From the NCBI GenBank assembly GCA_012295275.1, contig CM022665.1, positions 1,240,001-1,304,000 of the forward strand: DNA of 64,000 nt, given 5' to 3'. The position numbers and the translations under genes are program-made. The notes beneath the pieces are model-generated. The model saw nothing but the letters and a program-made list of their open reading frames with translations. It made no database searches and was not told the DNA's origin. This document shows, piece after piece, positions 20,642-34,705 of this stretch (positions are counted from its first letter, which is position 1; every line of letters begins with the position of its first letter). The stretch is from Chrysomallon squamiferum (Eukaryota > Animalia > Mollusca).

Positions 20642-20912
20642 AATTGATGTCCACACGTATTCACGCATTTATGTACACAGACTGAGAAAGAAGCCTGCCT
20701 GCATACCCCTAAACTTCAGTGTTGCTGGAAAGTGGATCGTTTCCTTTCCTAATGGAATCGCTGTGAACGTAAGAAAGACAGAAGGGGGCTGCTTGTTCGA
20801 ATGCGTTCGCGGTAACAGTAGTTTTTGACGGTGTAGCTTCTATTGATATCTTAAGCGTAAACGGCAATAAGTAGTATGCACTGTTTGTACTGATTTACTC
20901 ATCAGTTTCCGT

Positions 20913-20918
<6 letters not shown>

Positions 20919-20986
<68 letters not shown>
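20919..20986. repeat. (CT)n microsatellite
   Basis: Perfect dinucleotide run. Confidence 0.95.
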
Positions 20987-20988
<2 letters not shown>

Positions 20989-21295
20989 ATGTTTCCTATC
21001 TATTTTACTTTCTTTAAATTAATAGTATATTTCCAGCAAAAGGAAAAAAGTAAATGAATTCAATTAAAAAACAAAACAAAACAAAAACTTTGCAACAACA
21101 TCATGTTTTCCGTTTGTTTTCGCTTTCTTTGGGAACATAAATAAGATGTCAACAACAAAATCATAATCGTCACTCGATGTTTGCGAAGTAGAAAGGCTTA
21201 CAGTTGTTATATCATAATTTGAAATTAGGTCAGTTAGTACATTAAACTTAATTCTACTTTTAATATATAGAAACCATGTTTTTTGTCAGGATGAA

Positions 21296-22530
21296 AGCCT
21301 TTCTAGTAAATGTTTCAAAACGAACAAGATGATTACCCGTGCCCCTTCTGAAACCACATGTACGTTAGTAAGCAGTTTGTGAGATCCAAGAAACCAGAAA
21401 AGTCTACGACTGATTATTCGTTCCATAGTTTTGTGATGGATAGTATTACTGGATTCTTTCCCCTTGATCTTACGGATCCTCCCAAGGACTCTGTTTCGGT
21501 CTTTATTACATTTTTGCATAAGTCGTTAAACCATGGCTTCTTGAAACATTCTAGAACTGTCGAAGTTTTAGGAATTGTTATATTTTCAATGCCAATGGCA
21601 GTATACGAAGACATGGGATTATCATCATTAATAATGGCAGATTATTGCAGACTATTGCTGCAAAAATGCCGAAATTGATCCCAGACTGCCATTGCCTGTT
21701 TCCATCTCTGCACCATTTCAAGTGATGGATGAAAATATATATGGCTTTTATCATTAAATAAAATATTGTCATTTTTAGGAATTAAATCTTCATTTTGTTG
21801 AGCTTTTATTTACTTGCACACATCAGGATTATATTTTTGAATCAAAAGACTTAATTCGTCAAAAGCTGAGCCTAAGCCCACGACACTTCCACTGAATTTG
21901 CCATTCTGGGAGAAGTATGGGAGTATTTTATCCCTTAGCGGTGTAGATACAGACTGTTGTTTTGATGTATGCGAGGAATTTTGAGACGAAACCTCAATCT
22001 CATCATCAGCATCCAGTTTCCTTAATGGTCCCTAGTAATAATCCCTAGTAATAATCAGGACAGTTTGCTTGATTCGTAGCGTTTCTTGACGTGGTCTTAC
22101 TGGCCTAAATAGATTTCACTACCTGTTTCTTGATAGCTTTTGCAGCTTGTTTCTCAGTTTTTCTATTCCTTGAAATAACTTTGGATTTCTTTACACTGTT
22201 TGTCACTGACTTTTCGTCAGAAGACGAAAATTCCGAAACGTCGGTATGGACTCTTCAGAGTTCTTTCGGAATTTAAGGATGCTAACGAGCCCAACAAGGG
22301 GACAGGATGCTGCGGATGTCCAGCAGATATTCATGTCAGGGAAACATGGTCGACATGCTGAGTCAATTAAAACAATAAATCACCTGACTGACCAAAGCCA
22401 CAGCTACAAGAGCAACATATACAAATAATGTTAACAGTGTTTGTTATTGACAATTAAACAGAACAGTGGTTGTTAGCTCTTGACTTGGCGTGACCAGTCG
22501 ATTGATGAGGTCGAGTCGAACCTGACCTCC
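21296..22530 (-). mobile_element. Degenerate, multiply deleted non-LTR retrotransposon (I/Nimb-like LINE)
   Basis: Collinear minus-strand fragments: APE endonuclease start IQWKCRGLRLS/FDELSLLIQKYNPDVC (about 21897-21817); EDLIPKNDNILFNDKSHIYFHP; linker RWKQAMAVWDQFRHFC and TIPKTSTVLECFKKPWFNDLCK; RT start KTMERIISRRLFWFLGSHKLLTNV/CGFRRGTGNHLVRFETF. A K/S-rich ORF1-like tail and a GC-richer leader lie upstream. The clade is inferred. Confidence 0.85.
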
Positions 22531-24673
22531 CGTCTAACAAAACTAACGTTACTAACATTAGAAATAGGTTAGATAGTAAATTCTGGTATACTTTTTATTG
22601 TGTTATGTGTCATATACTACTGAAAGTTAATCAAAATTTGTATTCATTATTCCTCACTATTATAATTTATTATCATTACTTGTATATTTTGTTATTATTT
22701 TAATAAATTATACCTTAAATGCAGCAACAGTGAGTTACCTGGTGAGTGGTGATACCCCATCTAAGAGAGTTAATATGAGATTGCTCATATTTGAAACTGA
22801 ATTGCCTTAGCTACAGAACTATATTTTGTACTGAACAATATTTGAATGAATTATTAATTCTAAAATATCTAGGATATTCTTCTTAAAAGTTTTAATTATA
22901 AATGAAGCTACTACAACATCATCCGTTTATGTTGTATTTTATAAATATCATCTTCACTAGTTTTGATAATTTTTTTTGTTCAATTTATCCATGTATTTTC
23001 ATACTTGAGAAGAATGATACCTATAAGCAAATGAAATAATTTCATGGAAAGTAATATATTTAGGCTGTTTGCTCGTGCCAATAAGGATGCATATTAATTG
23101 CAATGTCTGCTAAAAACATATGACGTAAAGAATTAGCTAGATTTTCAAGCAAATAATAATAATTAGTCTATTCACAACAGAACCTGGTATTCTTTTTACT
23201 TCCAAACGGCACAGTACACGTAGGCAATGGATTACTACATTTTAGAGTAACTGTTACTCTGTTGAATATTCTGTTTAGAGGACAATGCTGTTTGCTAGTG
23301 ATTTTGAAATGTTTTGTATGGAAAACACACAAAATCTTATGGTTCTTTTTGACACTTTCTCTCACTGCTGTTGTAATGTTTCTCTATTTCATTATTTCTC
23401 TTTAATTAAAACTCAACCCGCCAGGATAATCTTATAAAGAATTTTATTTGTTGTCCTGAATTAGGAATATTTGCAGGGAGTGAGGGGAAAAAAGGTACAA
23501 AAAGAAAAAAAAATCATGCAAACCTGAAGGTCAGTTAATATTTGTTTTGAATCTAACAACTTATTTTTTTCCTATATCGAACAAAAGAATATTGAATTTA
23601 ACTCTTTTCTTATGTTAAGAATATCTCAAGCGTACAGGTATACACAAAATATGTAACGTGTTTATTTTGGAAGGTATCAATAATGCTATGTACATCACAA
23701 ACGCAAACAATACAGTATATAATATATTCAAATGAACGCCTGGGTGAACCACTTTATATTATAAGTATTAGAATTAACTGTACATCATGAATCGTCAAAC
23801 ACAGTGATTTTTCATTTTGTTTTATCACCTTTTTTGATATTATTAATTTATATTATTATTATTTTATTTGTTGTTGTTGTTGCTGCCATTATTATTATTA
23901 TTATTCACTCCGTGTGATTTTACATAAGTTATTTCTCATTAAAACTGTTGCCGATATTACATTCTTTTCTAATAATAAAGTACAGAAAAGGCATACTTTG
24001 AATAATATGTTTTTCACAAAATCCGATTTGATTGCTCTAGCCATTCATTCACTCCAGTACTGAAACAAGCTTAATCTCAAATGGGCCCATAGTTTCTAAT
24101 TAAAGAACCTTCTTTTACTGAATTCCATGCCACAAAACAACAAAAGAGAAGTTTCAGAAATAAAGGGGGAAAGTCTTTTAAAACAGACAAATAACAATAA
24201 TCAGCACCTGCAACTATTATTCAGATTATGTCAGGAGGATATAAGTATTCCTTTTCTTAAATCAGTTTTTAGGAATAATCCCATTACAGTTACCACGAAG
24301 AATAAACCAAAAATAAAAAGCGAAGAGTAAATAATCATGGTATTTCTACTTTCGACACAACATGACTAATTGTATGTCTTATACAAAAGTTTCTGCTGAC
24401 ATGAATATCGTAAAAAAGACATTGTAAATCTGATTAACCTCCTAGAAAATATTCTTTTAGAAAAAAACAACAACACAATGGCCGTTCGCAAACTGACTGT
24501 GTTGGAAGGACTGATTGTAGCTTGACCCTCTTAGCCTACCGCCGTGAGCCTCAAATCAACCTGTCATTATAAGATCAGAACGAGCAAAAAAAAAAATATA
24601 TATATATATATATAAATAAAAAAAATAAAAATAATGATGACAAAGAGAACAAACAAAAAACACAACCTGTGTT

Positions 24674-24858
<185 letters not shown>

Positions 24859-25363
24859 TTTTTTTTTTTTGAAGCGAGGGTTCATGCTATGCCGGGTAGT
24901 TTTGCAATCAGTTCAATAATACTAAAGTTTAATCTGGGCGAATCTACGACGTACGCTTTATGTATTGTTTACTGATATGATTAACTTAAAAATATATATT
25001 CTCACTAGTCGGAGCTTTGGCTGAACACGCTTACACTTGATGAGAATTACTGAGAATATTAGCAGAATATCAGTTATAAAGAGGAAATATTTCTTTCTGC
25101 AGACAAAACTGGATGATGTGCATATAAAAGTGTAATTTTCGTTATCAAAGGTGTCAAGGCTTATTATAAACTTTAACTTTTGGGCTGTTGTATTCGACAC
25201 TGTTTAAAATACTCTGACAGGAGGTTTTTTCATGAACTGATTTGTCAGATTATTTAGAAGAAAAAGATCAAGTATATGTTAAATCCAACCACAAGCTAAT
25301 TTATCTAATTAATGCTGACAGTTCACGAAAATAAATATAAAAATAAATAAACAAATAATAGTA

Positions 25364-25786
25364 ATGACAGATATGACTAACCCAGGATCAGGAAGTCGTA
25401 GAAGATTTACACAGGGTGTCTGGTTAGGCAAAAGTGAGGGAAACAGAGCTGAAAAACTTTGCAAATGGTCCGACACTAAGAAAGAGGAAACCATAACTGA
25501 TTTAGATAGACGTGAGCATTCGAACTTGGTCAAACTGAATGTAAAACAACTGGAAATACGCGAAGAACTCGCCTCACTCCAAAGATGCAAAAACAGATCT
25601 GTTCAAAATCATCTGCTGAGAGGTATCTCTAAAGACAGGGACATGAACATTTCGCCTTCAACCACTCCTGCTTTTTCGGGAGAGTTGTCTACACGTACCT
25701 CGCTACCCCAACCACTGACTCCAAAACCAGTTTCTGATATGCGGATTACGATACAAGAGAAAGGAAAGCAGAAAGGGAAGAAATGA
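25364..25786 (+). CDS. Putative small coiled-coil protein (140 aa), loosely CCDC190-like
   Basis: Non-repetitive 140-codon ATG ORF in very AT-rich DNA. Heptad segment TITDLDRREHSNLVKLNVKQLEIREELASLQR, then an S/T/P-rich region and a basic tail. A branch point and acceptor (ctaat...gctgacag) lie at about 25305-25321. The family assignment is weak. Confidence 0.5.
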   Translation: MTDMTNPGSGSRRRFTQGVWLGKSEGNRAEKLCKWSDTKKEETITDLDRREHSNLVKLNVKQLEIREELASLQRCKNRSVQNHLLRGISKDRDMNISPSTTPAFSGELSTRTSLPQPLTPKPVSDMRITIQEKGKQKGKK

Positions 25787-26012
25787 TTTTAAAAATCTTT
25801 ATATTTTTTAATTTTGTTATTATTATTACTTTTTGTTATTCTTGTTCTTCATGTTCTTTCTTATATTTTGCATCAATACTTTGTTATAGATGCAATACAT
25901 AGAAATGAGTTAATATGTTAAATTGCTGAAAAAATATTTTTCATTTGGCTGTAACTGTGATTCAAATTTACAAGCATATATTCTGTACATATCTGTACAA
26001 TATCAATATCAA

Positions 26013-26059
<47 letters not shown>

Positions 26060-26555
26060 CTACTACTACTACTCATACTACTACTCTTAAGTAAATATAT
26101 ATGTTTAATTTAATTTTGCTGTTACTTTATTAAGAAGTTAATTACTGTAAAACTGGTCATCATTAGCCTTGTTTGTACTGCATAATTTTAAAATATTTCC
26201 ATTTCTTTTTAAATCTTTTTTCTTGATCTTTATTTCCTTACTTGCCTATTTACTTATCTTTTTTGTTTTGTAATTAGAACAGTTAACTAATGCTATAGCC
26301 TTTATTTTTTAGTTATTTTTAGTAGGTAAAATTAATATATAAATATATATCCACAAAATTAAGTTCACCTGCATCTATAATTGTATTTGTTTTTATTTGG
26401 TTTATTTATGTATGCATGCATTTAATTATTATAATTAATATATCTTCTGATTGCCATCAGAAGATATTTTAGAATCGTTGATCTTTAAAGCAGTAAATTT
26501 ACAGCTTTCAGTTTTCAATTTGACTTGTCTATGTCCACTTGATTACCTTTTCCCG

Positions 26556-27249
26556 TCTCTGTCTCGTTTTCTCACCAGATCTCTGTCTCTGTTTTCTCAC
26601 CAGATCTCTGTCTGATTTCTCACCAGATCTCTGTCTCTGTTTTCTCATCAGATCTCTGTCTCTGTTTTCTCACCAGATCTGTCTCTGTTTTCTCACCAGA
26701 TCTCTGTCTCTGTTTTCCCACCAGATCTCTGTCTCTGTTTTCTCACCAGATCTCTGTCTCTGTTTTCTCACCAGATCTCTGTCTCTGTTTTCTCACCAGA
26801 TCTCTGTCTGTTTTCTCACCAGATCTCAGTCTCTGTTTTCTCACCAGATCTCTGTCTCTGTTTTCTCACCAGATCTCAGTCTCTGTTTTCTCACCAGATC
26901 TCAGTCTGTTTTCTCACCAGATCTCTGTCTCTGTTTTCTCACCAGATCTCTGTCTCTGTTTTCTCACCAGATCTCTGTCTCTGTTTTCTCACCAGATCTC
27001 TGTCTGTTTTCTTACCAGATCTCAGTCTCTGTTTTCTCACCAGATCTCTGTCTGTTTTCTCACCAGATCTCAGTCTGTTTTCTCACCAGATCTAGGTCTC
27101 TGTTTTCTCACCAGATCTCTGTCTGTTTTCTCACCAGATCTCTGTCTCTGTTTTCTCACCAGATCTCTGTCTGTTTTTCTCACCAGATCTCTGTCTCTGT
27201 TTTCTCACCAGATCTCTGTCTCTGTTTTCTCACCAGATCTCTGTCTCTG
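26556..27249. repeat. 25/23-bp minisatellite, about 28 copies
   Basis: Unit CTCACCAGATCTCTGTCTCTGTTTT with 2-bp deletion variants; it explains the 263-aa ORF. Confidence 0.97.
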
Positions 27250-28385
27250 CTTACTCTTTCTTCTTTCGTTGTTGCTCAGAAACTTAATCATCATCATTTA
27301 ATTGAACATTTCCTTCAGTCACGTTCTTAATATTTGTAATTAAAAAAATATATATAATATATGTTAGTTTGACAAATATTACCATAGAAATATTACCATA
27401 TAAATGAGTGGTTTGATTTATCATTCTGTGTTAGTACTGATCAGCACTGAAAAGCCTAGCACAAACAGCGTTTAACAGTATAGTCTTTGTTTTCGCTCTA
27501 AATTAACATTTACCCGACGCCTAACAACTAATGGATTCTGTTGAAATAATATTTTCATGTCCACTACAAATCCTTTTATAATGTGATCACACTGAACTAT
27601 ACACAACACAATATTAACACGCTCACTAAACCCAATCATACAAAAATACATTTAATTCTTTCTAATGTGAAGAAAACCGAAGAAAACAAAGCCTGGGCCT
27701 TCACCTTTATGATATTATTGTACCGCCTCCGAACTGTAACTGTAGAGATTAACGCCGCTGTCCTAAATCTGATGTATAATGTTCTTATTCTAATCAAACA
27801 GTGTCTTGAGCAGAAACCCGCGACAGATTTAATGTGTATTTCGTAACAACTTTCTTATAAAATCTCTAGAACAGTGATAAGGAGATACTAATGACGCTAA
27901 AGACTTAATTATATGGATCATTATAATACACCGAAATAAACCTAATGGCTGCATATGCTTACTAATTACGTGAATAACAATAGTGATATTTCTACCAGAT
28001 CAATATATAATTATATATAATTATATTAATTTGTATTAAACAGAATAATAAATATATAAATTATAATACGTTTCTTTTTTTAGTCTGGTGGAGAGTTTGT
28101 GCACATGAAGGTTTGTTATATGTAAAGATTAAACGTTTATTTAACATTTATTTTAGATACCGAAGATTAAAATTATTATTTTTACTCTGCTGTTCATCAA
28201 ATCGATATAATAAAATATGGTAAAAAAAAAAAAAAATAACAAAAATAACAAAGTAAAAAATTCAAAAAACGTCTGTAGTGAACAAATAATAATTTAAGAA
28301 AATATCATTATAATAAGTGTTAGCTAGATGCTTCTAGCTGCCATCCATAATTTGTAACACATTTGGTATATTAAACGTAACTTTG

Positions 28386-28419
<34 letters not shown>

Positions 28420-29895
28420 AAAATTAAAATTAAAATTGAAATTTATATGTTGTAAATCTAAAGTGATTTTAAGCTGGACCAATACAAGGAGATAAGTAGG
28501 TTTTAGTTTTGTGAGAGCACTAGACGCAGAACCGAAGAGTTATTTTAACATTTCTTTAATCGATGTCTACCATTCTGTTCTTGGAGCTCTCTGTTGCTGT
28601 AACAAGTACTTAATATCGGTCCAGGGCCGGCTAATGTAGATGATCGAGTGGGTGAGTCACATTTTACTCGCACCTGTTTTCTTAATTTTCATTTCTCACA
28701 AATATTCCATCTGAGTTACTGAGTGAATGAGTTAGTAAGAGAAAGAGAGAATAAAATAAAATAAAATGAATATAGTACTTTACTAGCAAAACTGTACATG
28801 AATTTTAGTTTTCGAGGTTAAATTCCCATTTTATTCCAAATTAATATAAAAAGCTCTCAGAGGCAAAATCTCGTTCAATCCAAGCGTAAATTAACAAAAA
28901 TAGTTTTAACAATTTCAACAGTGTATACAGAGATGCAGTTTTATTTATGCTCGGGTTCTTTTATTCTGGGTGATTTCTCTGACCAAGCGTCATGGAACTG
29001 TAAAATCATGCACATCAGCAGATTGAAATAATTTACAACAAAAGTGAGCTATAACCCAGATGAGTCAGTCGGTTGTCAGCATGGAACACCAGTGTTTAGA
29101 CTTTCCACCTCTGCAAAAACTAATTTAAACAATATCGATTGTTTTATGGGTCCTTCGTTATCCAGATGCTTCTTAGTGCAGCACTATCGGGTTAACAAAA
29201 GTCAGGATATATGAACACGTCTTTAATAATAGACTTTTCCACTTAAGAAAAAACCCAACCAAAAACCAGTCTTAACAATGTGTCATCGCTTGTTAATTCA
29301 GATACATTAAAAAATAAGTTAATTAAAATAAAACAAAACCACCCAATTTTCCACTATTACAAATAATAACGAATAATTATTTTAGCAATATCTCAGTATC
29401 TATTAAAATAATGGCACAACATAAAACAATGGTAATAAAATAAGATATATATAGAAAGAGCCAGACAGATAGAGATAAAAATTGTTTTAAATAGTTTAAT
29501 AATTTTTAATAAAACCCAAGAATAAACAACACAAATTTCTGACAAAAAAGATTGTATTACGTAACAAAATTTAGACATTAAAATAAAATTTAGAGTTAAA
29601 GTTCAATAAATCAATGTTTTTTTTTTCTTTTACATTTAGAAATGTTGTAAGCATATGCTGAATAAGCATTTAAAAAATGTCATGTTAGTAGGTTTTTTTA
29701 GCTGTCATTTTACTTTTTTCAACACACCGTGTCAAACTGAATGTAATTTTAGAACTACAAAATAAACAGAAAACTCCATCAACAATGTATTACATGACAT
29801 TAACTTTTATTGAAAACACAAATAATATAGAAAGGCAATACGGTCAAAAAACTACACGTTTAAAGGACAAAATTTCTAAGATTTTGAGTCATAGT

Positions 29896-29975
<80 letters not shown>

Positions 29976-30819
29976 ACTGTTGTTGTCGTTGTTATTGCAG
30001 TTGTTGTTACACCTGAACTCTTGTTTTATATATATATATTTACTCAAATTCAATGCAAGTACAAAGAAATTGTATCTAATACCTTCAGAAGTTTCCTTCG
30101 TAATTCAAAACTGAATGTTGACTATTTTCCCATCTGTCATGCTCACTAAATGTACTTCCAGATAAGGTTCTGCGTCGTTTTGTAGATTGCTTTCTTCGTT
30201 CGCGATTTGTAGGAAAACGGTTAGCAGAAAAGATGACCGAGTCAAACGGTTAGAACCAAAATTAGAAAGGTCGTTGCTAAACACGTGCATGCGATTATAG
30301 AGTTACGGATTCGCTGACGTCTGGGAATTCCAGCCGTCCTTGCGTCTGAACCATGATTGCGATACAGCTGCCGGCGGGAGGTAATGTTGAGATCATGACC
30401 TTTTGTGCCCTTTTCTTTTTCCGTTGACATATCCAGCCAAACAAAATGTATAGTAGATTTTCATTTATTTATTTATTTATTTATTTTTTATACTGTAACC
30501 CCTTTTCAAATGTTTTTTTTTTTCTTTTTTTTTTTTTTTACATTTTAAATCATACCCTTGTAAATACAAGTAAAAATTTTTATATAATAAGGGAAAACAT
30601 AAAATATTTAATAATAATAAAATAATACTAATAATAATAGTGATAATAATAATAAATTCTTACTTTATTTTTATCATCATATGTCCCAAATAGAAATATT
30701 TATATCCGCTAACTGAATTAACATTAATGTTGCTACTGCAACTTTTCACAAAACTGAAAAATTGTAGAAATGGGAATTTCAGCTGATTATTAAAGCTGTC
30801 TAAAACTGCAGATTAATAA

Positions 30820-32911
30820 TTACTGTTTGTTTAGGAAAAAAGCGATAAGAACAGCTGCTAGAACTGTCATTGTTGGAACCAGGCCAGCAGCAGCTGAAAC
30901 GGCAAAGAAAACGAACGATTATTTTAGCAATATCTATTAAAATATATTAAATAATTGGAGGTATTTATTATTATTATTAAAGTCTGATTTGTTAACTGTA
31001 TTGTCTTCTAACTGAATATCTATAGTACATTCTCCTGAAAACTATTGGATACAACACGTTTCATGTAGTTAATACTTACAGCATTCCATTTGTTTCTTCA
31101 TTTCCTTCATTCCATCTATTGCTGCTTTGTAGGCTTGTTCATCAATACACCCCGCATCCTGCATACACTGGAGATACCCATTTAAAGTCCTTGTGAAACA
31201 AAAATAATATATTTAAAAACAACCACTTCCACGTGAAGACAATTTGTCCTGTAAGCTCATCTATCAGAAAATTCACTCAGACCCGAGGACAAAGAAAGAC
31301 GAAAAAAATTATATTCAAGTTTAAGCTTTATACCTACAGAATTATGTATTCGGGTACTCTCTGGATGCACTCTCACAACTAGAGGAACAAAGTGTGGATA
31401 TACAGACAGAAAAAGGGTTTTACGTTTTCAGCCTAATTACAGACAACTCTGGAACGCCTCTAGGCACTTCCTTTCTGATGGAGATCACGATTAAAACCAC
31501 TATTTCGAAAGTTTTCACCGACTAATCTCTAACATATAGTCCAGTCTCTTGAACTGTATAGCTAGGGCATGCTTGCTCGAATATTAATTGAACGAAACTT
31601 TCATTTCAGTAAACTTTTATGCAAATGGCTGAATTTCCCTTTTGTGGGCTTATATTTAGACAGACAATACATCACAAATAAATAAATACAGGCTGATAAA
31701 CAAAAACAAAAGTAGATATCGTCTTTAGATTCAATTACTTGCACATGGCTGTCTTGTCCTTTTGGTGGTCTTTGCTTTGCATATCTGTAGAAAACTTAGC
31801 ACAATTCTCAGTGATAGCTTTATGGTTGCAGTCACCTGCTACATACACCATACCCACTGTTTACAAGAAAAAAGGAAAATAAATGTTAATAATTTCTGCA
31901 GTTTTAATCATAAAACTAATACCAAACGAGCAGAAAGCAAATAAAAAGATCACAGAAGGGCAGATTTATATGCATGTACGTTTGTGATATGGTACAACAG
32001 AACCACGTGTGTGCATGTGTTAGTATTTGAGTGAATTTGTTTGAGTGTTTGTTTATGTGTTTGTGTGTATATGTTTATGTATTTTTGCATGTATCTATAT
32101 GTATTTGTAAGTATATGCGCATATATGTATATGTATGTATACCATTTTAAATATACATACAAATATATAATCACTCACACACACACACACACGCACGCAC
32201 ACACACACACACACAGGAACCCATTTTAAACGATGTGTGTGACCGATCTATTTTAATGCATATCAATAAACGTTATTATCAGTTTTCATGTTATTCCTAC
32301 AGAAATATTATTTTAAAAGCCTCTGAAATTTGTTAGCACTCATCCATGCTTTCCATTTTATTATATTATTATCATTATTTATTATTAGCAAAGGTTGATA
32401 TTAAGGTTAAATATATTAATCTCATGCCTTAAAGCTATTTTGTTCGTACCACCACAGGTACATTCCAGTCACCGTATTAATGGGATCGAAGTCGTGTCAT
32501 CAATTCCCTTATGACTGATTAGTAAATGACAACTAGCAATGCCCTTTATTACCATGAATTGTGAAATTACTATTTGAAGACTACATCGTTGTTTCACAAA
32601 ATGTGTGCGAGTCCTTCCCTATCCGCCATAGGCATGATTTTGCTGTTACACGAACCATGTGTTAATGTAAACACTACGAGTGTATGATGTTATTTCATTA
32701 CATACAGACGTTGGCTCTTTGTGTCAAATGTCTGTCAGTTTTAAATTAGTCCTAGATCAGAATGAGTGGTTGAGTGCAAGGGAAAAAAAAAAGATTTTTA
32801 AAAACATTTAGTTTTGTTTATTGTATTATATAATCATTTTATAACGTATATATTGATTAAAAGTCTGATAACCTTCATTGTTTATTTATTTATTTAAACA
32901 CTGTACTAACA

Positions 32912-32947
<36 letters not shown>

Positions 32948-33868
32948 TGTATGCAAACATATAGCACACATACATACACACACAGTCACACGCATGCATA
33001 CATACATACATACATATTAAATAAATAAAGATGTGAATCAGACAATTAACTGATGAAACTGCCATATCGAGATTCAGTACAAACTTTATATGACAAATGT
33101 TTAGTGTGAGGTTCAGAAAATCTGATCCACAATTACAGAAAGATGATAACTAAGATGAATGTAACTTAATGACTTTCTTTACGAATAAGAAAACACACCA
33201 GTTTGTTAACAAAAAAACACACACACATACACATATATTATTATTAGAAAAAATATAAATAAATATATCTCTGATTAGATCTATATCAGTAATGTGATAA
33301 ATAAATTATATCTTATGAAAACAGTAATGAAAAAGAAAAAAACACTCCAATTACTGCCTGTGTAAATCTTTGTTTATGGTTAAGAGTCTCATAATGCAAC
33401 ACAAAAACTACTATTGTTTAATTAAAAATAGATTTCCTTTGTTATAAAAACGCTTTATTGTTACTTAGGAAATCAAATGTAGTATAATCAGTAAAGTTGA
33501 ATGTTAAAAAACAAAGAAAAGAAGGAATAAAAGAAAGGATAGAGAGCCAAAAATGATGAAACAACTCATAGAAGTATGTGTTTATTGTATGAATGTATAT
33601 ATGAAACAGAAACTCAGTATTTTTCAAATAAACAAAGCGGAAATAAAAGTTTTTGTTTATTATTATTATTGTTATTTTTGTTGTTGTAGTTATTGTTATT
33701 GGTATTGTTATTGTTATTGTTATTATTGTTATTGTTATTATTATTATTTTTATTATTATTATTATTATTTTAAAATACAAAGTTCCGCAAAATAATTCTA
33801 AAAAGTAAACCAAATAAATAAAATAGATTAAATAACATACCAGCCAAGAACATCAAAGCAAGTTTCAT
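30820..33868 (-). CDS. Gene A: small six-cysteine, putatively GPI-anchored protein (109 aa), RGM N-domain/neuritin-like
   Basis: Exons 33841-33868, 31739-31856, 31080-31189, 30820-30893 (GT-AG, phases 1,2,1; 330 nt). Translation: MKLALMFLAVGMVYVAG-DCNHKAITENCAKFSTDMQSKDHQKDKTAMCKTLNGYLQCMQDAGCIDEQAYKAAIDGMKEMKKQMECSAAGLVPTMTVLAAVLIAFFLNKQ*. It has a signal peptide, 6 Cys, small omega-site residues (SAAG) and a hydrophobic tail. Candidate AATAAA at 29806-29811. Confidence 0.88.
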
Positions 33869-34174
33869 TTTCGGAGCACTCACTGAATAACAAGAAGCAA
33901 ACTGACCGTTCCCGACGAGTAATCTGTGGTCAGCTATCTCTGAGAATTTGCATGTTGGATGTCAAGGTTATTACCCTCCGGTGGAGAAAACTATGCAGAG
34001 AGATAATTTCCAATAGACGGAGAAAATGCAGTATCATATTGCAGTTAACTCAAGTGAGGAACCTGTAGGCAGAATATAACAAACAAGATTAAGTTCTGGG
34101 GGTTGTTAGTGATGATGTTAATGGCTGTTAGTGGAAATCTTGTTTTTCTTACAGATTTTTATTAAACGTTTTAT

Positions 34175-34705
34175 GAGTAGTACTAGTCATGGTGGTGATG
34201 TTAGTAGTAGTAGCTGTTGCAGTAGCAGTAATAATGCCAACGGTAGTAACAGTTGCAGTGGTGGAAATAGTAGTTACTGTAGTAATATTAGTAATACTAG
34301 TTTTAGCAGTAATAGTAGTAGTAGTTGTAATAATAATAACGTTGTTTACTGTAAACATTTTATTATTATTCATACTGTTCTTCAGGTGCTGCAGATACTA
34401 ATTAAAACTACTACTATTTCTAGCACAATACTTTATGTTACTACTACCGCTAGTAATACTACTATTACCGCTTCTAATACTACTACAACTAATTTTATTA
34501 CTACTACCACTGCTATTATCATTACTGTTACCTATATTACTATATTTTATTATTACTTCTGTCACAACTACTAATACTATTACTACTTTTACTACTATTA
34601 CTACAACTACTGTTTCTATTATTAATGCTATTAATTCTACTACTGCTGTTGTTATTATAATTACTATTACTAGCACTTATATTAATACTTCTACTTTTTA
34701 TACTG
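34175..34705. repeat. Degenerate (AGT)n then (ACT)n low-complexity tract
   Basis: An AGT-rich left part switches to an ACT-rich right part near 34390; it explains several spurious ORFs. Confidence 0.85.

Noticed and set aside
26539-27330. 263-aa Cys/Leu/Ser-rich ORF
   Set aside because: A by-product of a stop-free minisatellite with mixed 23/25-bp units.
30105-30430. Two short minus-strand ORFs after gene A as a possible RGM C-terminal domain
   Set aside because: No GDPH or vWD-like motif; they lie between the stop codon and the AATAAA, so they are best read as 3' UTR.
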